Shown here one piece after another: positions 28,393 through 40,289 of a stretch of DNA of 64,000 nucleotides; within the stretch, counting starts at the first letter, position 1; each line of letters starts with the position of its first letter. The stretch is from the NCBI GenBank assembly GCA_022767445.1, contig JALENJ010000035.1:33932-97931 (forward strand), given 5' to 3'. Under the pieces are notes generated by a model. The model was not told the origin of the DNA, ran no database searches, and was given only the letters and a program-made list of their open reading frames with translations. A program made the position numbers and the translations under genes. The DNA is from Erysipelotrichaceae bacterium. Its GTDB lineage: Bacteria; Bacillota_I; Bacilli_A; Erysipelotrichales; Erysipelotrichaceae.

Positions 28393-29916
28393 TTATTGAT
28401 TTTCTGCGAAGATAATCGCTTCATCATCGACAGATGGTTCCGTTTGCCAAATCATTAGATTTAGATTTTTTCCACCCATACGAATCATATGTTCATCATC
28501 TGTTGGGAAAACTCTTGAAGATAGTACGTACTCTCCATCATTGACGAAGATCTCTACAGTGCTATGATCCACAAGGATATCTAATGACTTTAGACCACTA
28601 TCTATCTTTAGCTGACGCACGGTACCATATTCTGTATTGAGTTGGTTGGTTAAGTTAGAACGATCGATACGCAACTGTTTTTTATACTTATCGTATTGAA
28701 TCGCAAAGCCACCCGAGATGACATAGTTGCGAGAGAATAGATTGAGATTTAATGATTCTTCATCTGGATTATCTACATGCATGATAGCAGCATGTGGCAT
28801 ATGACCATGTAGTTGATCACTGATAATCTCACCATTTCTTGCGACAAACAACTCTTCTTTCTTTAAAGATTCAAAGTCTCTTGCTGGCTTTTGATAGAGT
28901 TTCCCTTTGCGTATGCTTAGCTCGCGTGGGAATGTCTGCATACCTGACCAACCTTCTTGATCGGTTGGTGGATATGTATAATCAGGAACACCAAACCATG
29001 CGGACATGATTGCACAATCATCATACACACTTTGTGAAGCACATTGAGGCGCATAGAAGTCAAAACCATGATCAAGCTCTTGCATTGGACCTTCTGGTGT
29101 AAAAGTGAGTGTCTTAAGGTCCAAATCACCAATCAGGTATACACTGTTATACTTGTTGTTATAATCATCTTTATCTGCTGGTATGCCCTGTGGGCTAAAG
29201 ATAAGTACATCATGTAGACCAATCTTTTCTACATCAGGACATTCCACCATAAAGCCAAAGCCGTCTTCATATCCCTTGACTTTTAGCTCACCTAAAAATT
29301 GCCAATCCGTCAGGATAGAATCTGAACTGTACACCAAAATAACACCCTTGTTATCCTTGTTTTGTGCGCCTAAGAAGATGTAGTAAGTATCATCAATACG
29401 TACAATCTTAGGATCACGTTGATGTTCTGTATAGTCTTCGTTTGGCGTGATGAGTGGGCGTAATGCTTTGGTATAATGCACATCATTTTCTAGGGTTGCG
29501 AGTAACTGATGTGGTTTACGTACACGGTTTTCATCACGGTAATTACCAGTATAGGCAAGATAAATTGTATCCCCTTCACTGATTGCACTACCGCTATAAC
29601 ATCCGCTATTCTCATACTTCTCACTTGGTAAAAGAGCGACTCCTCGGTTTTTCCAATGGACTAAATCTTCACTTGTGACATGGTACCAATGTTTGAGTCC
29701 ATGGACTGGTCCAAATGGAAACCATTGATAGAATAGATGCCATTTGTGATTGCAGAATGTAAATCCATTTGGATCATTCATCAAACCTGTAACTGGTTGA
29801 ATGTGATATGTTGCACGCCACATTGAGGCAACGTTACTTTTATGTCTTGCGATGAGTTCATCAACATCTCGTTTCATTAACATTCTTTTTTTATCTAATT
29901 CATTGACTGTCGTCAT
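28393..29916 (-). CDS. GH32 sucrose-6-phosphate hydrolase / beta-fructofuranosidase
   Basis: Start refined to MTTVNEL with AGGAGG upstream. Catalytic motifs LMNDPNG, QRDPKIV and MVECPD. Confidence 0.85.
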   Translation of the reverse strand: MTTVNELDKKRMLMKRDVDELIARHKSNVASMWRATYHIQPVTGLMNDPNGFTFCNHKWHLFYQWFPFGPVHGLKHWYHVTSEDLVHWKNRGVALLPSEKYENSGCYSGSAISEGDTIYLAYTGNYRDENRVRKPHQLLATLENDVHYTKALRPLITPNEDYTEHQRDPKIVRIDDTYYIFLGAQNKDNKGVILVYSSDSILTDWQFLGELKVKGYEDGFGFMVECPDVEKIGLHDVLIFSPQGIPADKDDYNNKYNSVYLIGDLDLKTLTFTPEGPMQELDHGFDFYAPQCASQSVYDDCAIMSAWFGVPDYTYPPTDQEGWSGMQTFPRELSIRKGKLYQKPARDFESLKKEELFVARNGEIISDQLHGHMPHAAIMHVDNPDEESLNLNLFSRNYVISGGFAIQYDKYKKQLRIDRSNLTNQLNTEYGTVRQLKIDSGLKSLDILVDHSTVEIFVNDGEYVLSSRVFPTDDEHMIRMGGKNLNLMIWQTEPSVDDEAIIFAENQ

Positions 29917-29961
29917 GTTTGTGCCTCCTATCATACATTCCTATTATATGTCATTTTCACT

Positions 29962-30972
29962 CTATTTTGTATGTCGTACAACAAAAGCGATGTGATGAAT
30001 TTGTGTTTGGTGTGCCTTGATAATTGGTTGTGGTTTGTAACTTGGATAATTGATTGCGTTTGGGATATATTCAGCCTCCAAGCATACCGCACTTCTTGCC
30101 AAATACCGACGTCCATCTTTGCCAATTGCCCCATTTAACCAATTGGCTGTATAAAGATGAAATCCTGGATAGTCCGATGCCATTTCTAATTCTAGTTTGC
30201 CATCGGATAAAACAGCCATTGTACGCATTCCATCTCCATCAATCGGAAAGTGATGGTCATATCCATTCCCATATTGAAGTTGGATATGATTCTCATCGAT
30301 ATCTTTACCTATCTTTTTCACTGTTCTAAAGTCAAATGGAGTATTTTCTACATCTTGAAATTCATTGCGTGTAAGACATGTTTCATCCAATAATGCATAG
30401 CGATTGGTAGGTATTTGTAATGTATGATCCAATACACTTACACTTTGTGAAAGATTGAAGTATGCATGGTTGGTATACGCAAATATCGTATCTTGATCAC
30501 TGGTTGCCTTTGTTGTGATTAACAATCCAGTTTCTTGTAATGTATAGGTAATAGAATACTCTAGGTTTCCTGGATATCCCTCTTCTTGATCAGGTGATAT
30601 ACGCATGAATGTAATCGCATCATCACTCATCTTGGTTTCATACATCTTTTTATCAAAACCTTCTTTTCCACCGTGATTACAGTTTCCGTTGTTATTGATG
30701 TAGAGATGATATTCCTTGTCATTGAGTGTAAATTTGCCCTTGGCAATGCGATTTGCAGTTCTACCAACAGAAGCACCTAGGAAGGTTGTTTCTTGTTGGT
30801 ATATATCAGCTGTGCTATATCCTTCTACGATATCTATGTTTGTTGTCTTATCGACAAAAGAAACTAATGTTGCGCCATAATCTGTTACCTGCACCTTAAA
30901 GTTATGATTTTCAAGCGTATATAAATAGATGGTTTCTCCAGTTTTGTCAGTACCAAATTCTACTTTATTCAT
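29962..30972 (-). CDS. galM: aldose 1-epimerase (galactose mutarotase)
   Basis: 336 aa. Blocks GRTANRIAKGKF, NHGGKEGFDKK and TNHAYFNL match the mutarotase family. Confidence 0.8.
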   Translation of the reverse strand: MNKVEFGTDKTGETIYLYTLENHNFKVQVTDYGATLVSFVDKTTNIDIVEGYSTADIYQQETTFLGASVGRTANRIAKGKFTLNDKEYHLYINNNGNCNHGGKEGFDKKMYETKMSDDAITFMRISPDQEEGYPGNLEYSITYTLQETGLLITTKATSDQDTIFAYTNHAYFNLSQSVSVLDHTLQIPTNRYALLDETCLTRNEFQDVENTPFDFRTVKKIGKDIDENHIQLQYGNGYDHHFPIDGDGMRTMAVLSDGKLELEMASDYPGFHLYTANWLNGAIGKDGRRYLARSAVCLEAEYIPNAINYPSYKPQPIIKAHQTQIHHIAFVVRHTK

Positions 30973-31100
30973 GATAATTTTCCTTTCTTGTATCGATCAA
31001 TTTTAGTATAGTCTTTTCATCGTAAAAATTCGATAGGATAGCCTTCAAACTTGCCACATTTCTTTAAAAAAGATATCCTTATCATGTTAAGGAGCATCGT

Positions 31101-32513
31101 ATGTTTTTTAAGAAGAAAGATCCTTTAGAACAAGTGGATACACGTTCTAAAGCGGATGCAATATGGATTGTGATTTCCATTCTATTCGCATTCGTACTCG
31201 GCGGGTTTATCTTTATCAAATCCATAGAAGCGAGTATTCAATATTTAACAGCACTTGTCCCACTTTTACTCGTCATGATATTTGTGGGTACATATTTCTA
31301 TAACAGAATGGCTGACATGCGTTTATTTGGAGCGTTCAGTTGCCTTGCGTGTATTGGAATTGCTTTACAGGTGATGTTAGACCAGCAATATCAAGTACCT
31401 TCAAGCTTTAGCTTGATTAAGTACTTTGCTGGTATGGCAATCGCTACTGTATTACTACTGATATATTTGGGCATCAAACGCTTTATGTATCGTCAATATA
31501 CTGCCCACTTTCTAATTTTAGTCAGTGCCGCAATCTATATTGCCCTATTGTTTTTTGGTAGAGATACCAATGGCTATGGTACAACTGCTTGGATACGGAT
31601 TGGACCATTATCCTTACAGCTTACCGACTTTGCCAAGATTACAGCGATTCTATTCTATAGTGCACTATTTAGTGTAAATCGAAAGTTTTCCAATCGAACC
31701 ATTCTGATCTTATCTAGTATTTTCTTTATGATTAATCTTGTTGGTTCGATTGTGATACATGAATTAGGCTCGTTTTACATCTTATACTTTTTACATTTAT
31801 CCATGCTTTACATCTTTATGGAACGTGGTAAGAAGAAGCGCATCTATTTACTTACAATCGCCATATCAACCATACTTGCGATTGTTATATTATTCTTGTT
31901 ATACAAGATACTAGCACCGATGGCACAAAGTGGTACATTGAATGGAATTACCAGTATCTTATGGCCAATTGTTAGGAAAGTATACCTACGCTTTTCCATC
32001 ACCGCGAATATCAATAGTGATCCTTATGGTGCTGGATACCAACTATTTCAAGGCAAACGTGCATTGTGGATGTCTGGTTTATTTGGCAATACCGTCAACT
32101 TTACAGCGATACCGGTTCCTGAAAGTGATATGGCATTCGTTGCCTTGGTCAATACATTTGGTATGCCTTTAGGTTTACTAGCAGTTTTCTTATTCTTACA
32201 GATTGCCATATCAGGTAGTGAGATGTGTCGTCGTTTGATTCAAACGAAAAAGCAGGATGCCATCGTTGCCTATGGAGCAACCGTATTGCTATACATGCAA
32301 GCATTGCTAGTTATCCTTGGATCATGTAATATCATCCCACTTGCAGGTTTACCAATTCCATTTCTATCTAGAGGTGGTACATACCAGACGATAGTTTTCT
32401 TCTTTGTAGGCGTACTATTACACCTCAGCAAGCAAGATGATGAAGATAACGAAGAAATACAAGGAGGTGATGACGATGAGCAAGCGTTCACCAGAATCGA
32501 TATCGATGAATAG
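31101..32513 (+). CDS. SEDS-family glycosyltransferase (FtsW/RodA/SpoVE) with an acidic C-terminal tail
   Basis: 470 aa, polytopic. C-terminal motif PLAGLPIPFLSRGGT, then the tail QDDEDNEEIQGGDDDEQ. Confidence 0.75.
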   Translation: MFFKKKDPLEQVDTRSKADAIWIVISILFAFVLGGFIFIKSIEASIQYLTALVPLLLVMIFVGTYFYNRMADMRLFGAFSCLACIGIALQVMLDQQYQVPSSFSLIKYFAGMAIATVLLLIYLGIKRFMYRQYTAHFLILVSAAIYIALLFFGRDTNGYGTTAWIRIGPLSLQLTDFAKITAILFYSALFSVNRKFSNRTILILSSIFFMINLVGSIVIHELGSFYILYFLHLSMLYIFMERGKKKRIYLLTIAISTILAIVILFLLYKILAPMAQSGTLNGITSILWPIVRKVYLRFSITANINSDPYGAGYQLFQGKRALWMSGLFGNTVNFTAIPVPESDMAFVALVNTFGMPLGLLAVFLFLQIAISGSEMCRRLIQTKKQDAIVAYGATVLLYMQALLVILGSCNIIPLAGLPIPFLSRGGTYQTIVFFFVGVLLHLSKQDDEDNEEIQGGDDDEQAFTRIDIDE

Positions 32514-33870
32514 AATACGACTCGTCGAGGTTGGATGTATCATCCTTACCTTACTGTTTACTTCCTTCTTTAGCTATAAGTATTTGATACAGCCAAACAT
32601 CGATCCAAAATCACAACAGACAAAAAGACAGATCATTTACGATGCGATTAAGTCATACGCAATTGAAGGAACAATTATCGATAGAGATGGCAATGCCATC
32701 TTAGCCAACGCATCCAGCAATCATCCAGCTAGTGTAAGTTACCCACAAAACTATAGTTATGCATGGTTGTTAGGATATTATTCCATCAACGAGCATCGTC
32801 AAAACAGCTATGGTTTACGCGGTAATCTCAGTGATTATTTACTCTATCATCTCGATCAAAACAATCATGGCGCAACTGTACAACTGACAACAAATACTGA
32901 CCTACAGAACTTTGCCTATGATTTACTCAATGATCAAGAAGGTAGTATTACCGTCATTGATAACCTTACTGGAGATATTCTATGTCTAGCATCTCAAAGT
33001 ACTGTGGAATTCAATGTGAATGATCCAGATAGTATGTTGTTGTCAGATATCCCTGGATCACAATACCGTCGTGGTACATTTGAAACAGATCCTCCAGGAA
33101 GTACATTCAAAGTAGTTACGGCAGCTGCCGCATTAACCATGCAAGATGAGGAAAACCTAGATGATAGCTTCTTTATCTACAACGATACAGGTACCTATAC
33201 ACCACCTGGTAGTGATTTTGTAATTACCAACTTTCAAAATGAAGTTTTCGGTACCATCGATATGAATACCGCTCTTGCTAAATCGTGTAATGCCTACTTT
33301 GCAGATCTTGGTGTACGCATTGGAGCAGAACGATTAGAGAAGATGATGGATGCCTTTATGGTGGGTAAGGATATCAATATCCCCTTTCTAGATACGATTC
33401 ATTCCAGCTATAACATCGGCAAGGATGATAACGCTGAAATTGCCCAAACAGCCTTTGGGCAAGGAAACACAACCATTACGCCTTTACATATCGCCATGAT
33501 TGCTCAAGCAATCGCAAACAATGGCGATATGTTACAACCAAACATCGTTAAAAAGATTTATTCAGATACCTATACATACTACACATCAAAGAAGAAATCT
33601 TTGAGTCAACCAATTGACAACAACATCGCTGACAAACTAAAGACATACATGCATAGTGCAGCTTTAGAGTATGGCCTAGATGAATACAACTATGGAATGG
33701 TATATGCCAAAACAGGTACTGCAGAATGTGCAGATGATCGTATTCACAGTTATGTCATGGGATTTACTGATCGATACTCATTCTGTGTCAGTGCCAACAA
33801 CAACATTGGCAGTGGACAGTTGTATGGCACAACACAACGTCTTGTCAATTATCTTAACAACATGAATTAA
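32476..33870 (+). CDS. class B penicillin-binding protein (transpeptidase)
   Basis: Start refined to MSKRSPES, 8 nt after AGGAGG, overlapping the SEDS gene end. Motifs GSTFKVV (SxxK), KSCNAYF (SxN) and AKTGTAE (KTG). Confidence 0.8.
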   Translation: MSKRSPESISMNRIRLVEVGCIILTLLFTSFFSYKYLIQPNIDPKSQQTKRQIIYDAIKSYAIEGTIIDRDGNAILANASSNHPASVSYPQNYSYAWLLGYYSINEHRQNSYGLRGNLSDYLLYHLDQNNHGATVQLTTNTDLQNFAYDLLNDQEGSITVIDNLTGDILCLASQSTVEFNVNDPDSMLLSDIPGSQYRRGTFETDPPGSTFKVVTAAAALTMQDEENLDDSFFIYNDTGTYTPPGSDFVITNFQNEVFGTIDMNTALAKSCNAYFADLGVRIGAERLEKMMDAFMVGKDINIPFLDTIHSSYNIGKDDNAEIAQTAFGQGNTTITPLHIAMIAQAIANNGDMLQPNIVKKIYSDTYTYYTSKKKSLSQPIDNNIADKLKTYMHSAALEYGLDEYNYGMVYAKTGTAECADDRIHSYVMGFTDRYSFCVSANNNIGSGQLYGTTQRLVNYLNNMN

Positions 33871-33917
33871 TCGATACAAAGAAAAGCGTCTGTACGCCTC
33901 ATTGCGTTACACTCGCT

Positions 33918-34769
33918 TTACTTCGTATAGATCATATAAGTTGTTGTTGCATAACCAATTGCTTGCAAGAAAGCAAGCATGACTTGATGATTAACAGGCA
34001 CTTCAAAACGCAATGGAATCTCATCTAGATTCTGAATTTCTTGAATCAATTGTGTACCGATTCCTTTGCGCCTTTCACTTTGAAGCACAATTAAATCTTT
34101 GATTACATATCCCTCATCATACTTACATGAGACCATTGCCACAAACCGACCCTGTTGACTCATCACATAAACATCATACTTAGAGATTAAATCCTCAAGA
34201 TATGCTTGTGCGTATGCATAATCAGAGTGTGATATTACATTTATCTGTTGTAGGTATGCATCGCATACCGCAAGAGCACTCATGTAATTACGCTGATCCA
34301 GCTTTACAAGTCGCAGTGGTAAAGAAACTGGTTTGATTGGTTCATCAATGATTTCATAATCCTCTTGTTCATCTTCATCATCTATTTGAAGAGGTGTATC
34401 TGTATCATACATAAGTCCATGATCTTCACACCACTGCATAGCGATTTGTTTTAAGCGATACTCTCGATAGTCATACCAATCATGTGTGATACCAAATCGC
34501 TCTAAAGTAGCACGGAAGCGACGAAATGCGCCTTTACCATGTAGAGAGTTATTTAACCACTCACGAATGGTTGGATCATCGATGCGATTGCTAAAATCTA
34601 CCATTCCTTGATATTCATTGATTTCATATTTATCCGGTAAGGGAATGTAGTTGTTATCATCCTCTAGTTGTTCATAGATGATTGTATTCTTTTCTGGATC
34701 GTACAAGCATATTTCTTCATCATCGATGCTATCCATCGCTTCTACGATTTCATTGATATTTACATGCAT
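33918..34769 (-). CDS. UPF0158-like N-terminal domain fused to a GNAT acetyltransferase domain
   Basis: 283 aa. N-terminal half has the GKGAFRRFRATLERFGI...W pattern (UPF0158). C-terminal half has VLQSERRKGIGTQLI (GNAT motif A). Confidence 0.55.
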   Translation of the reverse strand: MHVNINEIVEAMDSIDDEEICLYDPEKNTIIYEQLEDDNNYIPLPDKYEINEYQGMVDFSNRIDDPTIREWLNNSLHGKGAFRRFRATLERFGITHDWYDYREYRLKQIAMQWCEDHGLMYDTDTPLQIDDEDEQEDYEIIDEPIKPVSLPLRLVKLDQRNYMSALAVCDAYLQQINVISHSDYAYAQAYLEDLISKYDVYVMSQQGRFVAMVSCKYDEGYVIKDLIVLQSERRKGIGTQLIQEIQNLDEIPLRFEVPVNHQVMLAFLQAIGYATTTYMIYTK

Positions 34770-34770
34770 G

Positions 34771-35340
34771 TTAGATCCTCTCTTGTTTCATAAATAGTTT
34801 TTGATAGACTCTATCAATCATCCATGGTTCATTGACCACTTCTAGTACCTGTTGTTGGGTAAACCAAGCAACTGCACTGTTTTCATCTTGTTTGATATGT
34901 AGGCTTTGTTTGTCATCTGCCTCTAATAAGTATGTGATGTTTAGATGCAGATGAGATGGTACATATTTTCCTTTCTTTTCGTGTCCTTCTACAACAATAG
35001 TTTCAAGCGAAAAGATATTTGTTGTAATTGGTTTTACTTGGCTGATACCACTTTCTTCTTTGACCTCACGGATAGCCACTGAAAGTAGGTCTTCTTCTCC
35101 ATCCGCATGGCCTCCAAGCCAAGCATAGGATTGATAGATATTATGATATGCCATGAGTACATGTGTATGCTCTTGGTTTAATACCCATGCGGATGCACTA
35201 AAGTGTGCGAGTAAATTTGTACGCAAAAAGATGTCCTTGCTAGTGTTTAACAAGTCAATCATGACTTGTTTATCGGCTTCTTCTTGCTGGTTAAATGGGA
35301 TATAGTCTTCGAGTTGTTTGAGTAGTTGGAGTCTTGACAT
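34771..35340 (-). CDS. NUDIX hydrolase
   Basis: Nudix box GGHADGEEDLLSVAIREVKEESGI. Confidence 0.85.
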   Translation of the reverse strand: MSRLQLLKQLEDYIPFNQQEEADKQVMIDLLNTSKDIFLRTNLLAHFSASAWVLNQEHTHVLMAYHNIYQSYAWLGGHADGEEDLLSVAIREVKEESGISQVKPITTNIFSLETIVVEGHEKKGKYVPSHLHLNITYLLEADDKQSLHIKQDENSAVAWFTQQQVLEVVNEPWMIDRVYQKLFMKQERI

Positions 35341-35349
35341 AGATCCTCT

Positions 35350-36078
35350 TTATTCAATATCCAGATGATTGATGTCAATGTTGTAAATGACATCTTTTCT
35401 TTCAACAACAATCTTCATGCGTTTGCATAATTCACTATCATCTTGAATATGGTGTAATAGCTCTCTTGTTGGGTTGATAGCACATGGATGTCCTGTGTTT
35501 TGAAACATCATTAAGTCACCATTTGTATCACCATATGAGTAACATGCTTGCAGGTCTAAATCATACTTCTTTTCCAGTGTCATGATTGCCTTTTTCTTGG
35601 ATGCACTATCCCACATTGGTACAACCTCTCCAGTATATATGCCATTTTCATCTTTGAGGTATTGTGTACCACGGAAATCATCAAATTCATATTTAGCAGC
35701 CATTTCCTTTACAAGTGGTTCTGGAGAACCGGAAATAGCGATAATTAGATGACCAAGTTTGCGATGGCGTTCTATCTCTTTACGCGTGAATTGATATACA
35801 CGCTCACCCTTTTGCTCAATCACTTTCTGGGCGATATGCTCAATGTGAATCGCAGAGATTCCTTTGGTTGTCTCCTTGAAGATATCAACCATCTTCTGTA
35901 GATAGTTATCATAATCTCCCAAACGTCTATCCCATGCCATATACGCTGGTTTTACTTCATCTGTCCATCTTGAACCTGAGATGATTTCATGGGTTACCAT
36001 CTTTTTGAATACTTCTGTGATGAGTCCCTCACGGTAAATTGTTCCGTCAATATCGAAGAATGCGGCTATTTGTTTCAT
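35350..36078 (-). CDS. HAD-IB family hydrolase
   Basis: Start refined to MKQIAAFFDIDGTI with GGAGG 8 nt upstream. Contains the DxDGT motif, ISGSPEP, and GDTNGD near the C-terminus. Confidence 0.75.
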   Translation of the reverse strand: MKQIAAFFDIDGTIYREGLITEVFKKMVTHEIISGSRWTDEVKPAYMAWDRRLGDYDNYLQKMVDIFKETTKGISAIHIEHIAQKVIEQKGERVYQFTRKEIERHRKLGHLIIAISGSPEPLVKEMAAKYEFDDFRGTQYLKDENGIYTGEVVPMWDSASKKKAIMTLEKKYDLDLQACYSYGDTNGDLMMFQNTGHPCAINPTRELLHHIQDDSELCKRMKIVVERKDVIYNIDINHLDIE

Positions 36079-36198
36079 ATCGTTTACCTCCAAATTGTTT
36101 TATTGATACTATCATAAACTATAAAAAAATAAAGTAAAAATTCATTGCAAAAAATAATCTTTTTGATATTATACCTAACGAAAGGGAGGAATTACTCG

Positions 36199-37557
36199 AT
36201 GAAGTTGATTTACTCGGTTGAGGACAAACCAAAGTTTCACCAGTTAGTTGTTTTTGCTTTCCAACAGTTACTTGCAATCATGGCTGCCACGATTGCAGTA
36301 CCTCTCATCATCAAAAATGGTATGAATACCGCTGCCGCATTATTTGGCGCTGGTGTTGGTACACTTGTTTATGTTTTCTTTACTCGTTCGAAGAGCCCAG
36401 TATTTTTGGGTTCTTCTTTTGCGTTTATTGGGTCGATGTCTGCTGCCTTTGCAGGAGCAGCCAGTATGGCAGTTGGCTACATCGGTTTGATACTTGGCGC
36501 AATCTTTGCAAGTCTGGTCTATGCGATACTAGCGTTGTTTATTAAACGCATTGGCGTAGCTTGGGTCAATCGTATCATGCCACCGGTGGTCATCGGACCT
36601 ACCGTAGCAATTATCGGTTTATCCCTTGCAGGCAACGCAGTTGGTGACTTACAGACAAGCAGTTTAACAGGTGCACAATCACAATTTGCTGTACTTGTTG
36701 GTCTTATCGCACTTGTAGCCACAATGTTGGCGAGTACCTATGGCAAAGCACATGCCAAGATGATTCCATTTATCATCGGTATCCTAACCGGATATGTTGT
36801 AGCACTGATCTTTACGATCATAGGTATTCAAACAGGTTATGAACCACTACAGATACTAAACTACAAACCACTGATTGAATTATTCGCCAATGGCGTTAGT
36901 TTAAGTACATTTGTGAAAGTTCCTGATTTCACTTTCTTAACAGCCTTAGATGGATTTGATCAGCTTGATATCGGCTATATCGGTACGATTGCGGTTGCCT
37001 ATATTCCTGTTGCCTTCGTTGTATTTGCGGAACATATCGCTGACCACAAGAATATCTCCAGTATCATTGAACGTGACTTACTTGAAGATCCAGGATTAGA
37101 TAGAACTCTTCTTGGTGATGGTATTGGTTCTATGGTTGGTGCCTTCTTCGGTGGATGTCCAAACACAACGTATGGTGAATCCATTGCCTGTGTTGCGATT
37201 ACAAAGAACGCATCTGTAGCTACGATTATTACTGCTGCATTTGAATGTATCTTAATCTCCTTCTTTACACCATTTGTCACATTCATCTCAACAATCCCTG
37301 CATGTGTCATGGGTGGTGTATGTATGGCATTGTATGGCTTTATCGCTGTCAGTGGACTAAAGATGGTACAGAAAGTTGACCTCGATAAAAACAAGAATCT
37401 ATTCGTTATCTCCAGTATCTTAATCACAGGTATTGGTGGCTTATCACTCAGCTTTGGCAATATCACAATCACATCCGTTGCCTGTGCTTTAATTCTAGGG
37501 ATTATCGTCAATAAGATTTTATCCAAAGACCCTGAATTAAGTGAAGAAAACCAATAA
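36199..37557 (+). CDS. NCS2-family nucleobase:cation symporter (uracil/xanthine permease-like)
   Basis: Start refined to MKLIYSVEDKPKF with GGGAGG upstream. Polytopic, with QQLLAIMAATIAVPLI and GESIACV-type motifs of the Xan_ur_permease family. Confidence 0.75.
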   Translation: MKLIYSVEDKPKFHQLVVFAFQQLLAIMAATIAVPLIIKNGMNTAAALFGAGVGTLVYVFFTRSKSPVFLGSSFAFIGSMSAAFAGAASMAVGYIGLILGAIFASLVYAILALFIKRIGVAWVNRIMPPVVIGPTVAIIGLSLAGNAVGDLQTSSLTGAQSQFAVLVGLIALVATMLASTYGKAHAKMIPFIIGILTGYVVALIFTIIGIQTGYEPLQILNYKPLIELFANGVSLSTFVKVPDFTFLTALDGFDQLDIGYIGTIAVAYIPVAFVVFAEHIADHKNISSIIERDLLEDPGLDRTLLGDGIGSMVGAFFGGCPNTTYGESIACVAITKNASVATIITAAFECILISFFTPFVTFISTIPACVMGGVCMALYGFIAVSGLKMVQKVDLDKNKNLFVISSILITGIGGLSLSFGNITITSVACALILGIIVNKILSKDPELSEENQ

Positions 37558-37563
37558 AGTGGA

Positions 37564-37592
37564 TTGCAGTTTTAGAGAAATATTGTTAAACT
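37564..37592 (+). promoter_or_regulatory. candidate promoter of the lysS T-box leader
   Basis: TTGCAG (37564-37569), then 17 nt, then TAAACT (37587-37592). Moderate match only. Confidence 0.3.
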
Positions 37593-37594
37593 AT

Positions 37595-39460
<1,866 letters not shown>

Positions 39461-39463
39461 TTG

Positions 39464-39497
39464 ATATGGTTATGCATAATGCATAACCATATTTTTT
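39464..39497 (+). terminator. rho-independent terminator after lysS
   Basis: Near-perfect 14-bp palindrome (atatggttatgcat / atgcataaccatat) followed by TTTTTT. Confidence 0.8.
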
Positions 39498-39518
39498 AAA
39501 ACCGATTATAATAAACGC

Positions 39519-40289
39519 ATGAATACTTTGACATTGCACTATCTTACAAAAGCGCTTAAACGCTTAGAGAAATGGTTACCAGATAATACAAAAGTGTTGT
39601 TATCTTGGTACCAACAATTTCCAAACAACGCTTCCTGTATTAAAATACAGGACTATGCATACTGTTTATTCTCTTTACCATGCATCAGTATGGATGGTAA
39701 AGAGATAGAACATATCTATGATATACATCATCCTGGTATTGAGCGTATCGTACTTCTTGTCTTTGATAAAGATACAATTATCGCAGATATATCCGCCCTT
39801 CACACGTCCGTACATGCATGTGTTGATGATCCTGTGATTATCAACTATCTAAGAACTGAATCAGATTGGATAGACCTACAACATGCATGCCTATGTGAGT
39901 ATTACTTTGCGGATAAAAAAAGCATATCATCTACGCAAAATGATACACTCCTATTCACGAATGCATATGTCACAAAGACCTTTCGTAGACTTGGTATCTT
40001 TGAAAGAATGATACAACTCACCAAGGAACATGCCCTACGTCAAGTCTCTAGTACAATACAGCTATACTCCATCATCTCACTAGATCCAGATATTGCCCAA
40101 TATGGGCCAGACGCAAGTGATGAACCTTATTACTATCACTTTGAAGTAGATGAACCGGTCCGTATTCAAAACGCTGAAATTATGAAACATCTAAACTTTA
40201 CACCAATACGTTTAGAAGTAGATCCTGACCAGATTGGTGATGGTACAAAACTTTGGTTTGCAATACAAGAAGAGATGGAACTGTATTAG
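39519..40289 (+). CDS. hypothetical protein, possibly GNAT-fold in the C-terminal half
   Basis: 256-aa intact ORF. Only weak motif evidence (VTKTFRRLGIFERMIQ, resembling GNAT motif A). Confidence 0.35.
   Translation: MNTLTLHYLTKALKRLEKWLPDNTKVLLSWYQQFPNNASCIKIQDYAYCLFSLPCISMDGKEIEHIYDIHHPGIERIVLLVFDKDTIIADISALHTSVHACVDDPVIINYLRTESDWIDLQHACLCEYYFADKKSISSTQNDTLLFTNAYVTKTFRRLGIFERMIQLTKEHALRQVSSTIQLYSIISLDPDIAQYGPDASDEPYYYHFEVDEPVRIQNAEIMKHLNFTPIRLEVDPDQIGDGTKLWFAIQEEMELY

Noticed and set aside
36094-36198. Possible purine/pyrimidine riboswitch or PyrR site upstream of the NCS2 permease, and similarly upstream of xpt (16475)
   Set aside because: The permease leader is only about 100 nt of AT-rich promoter-like sequence, with no conserved riboswitch core that I can recognise. 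xpt overlaps the preceding gene by 4 nt, so it has no leader at all.
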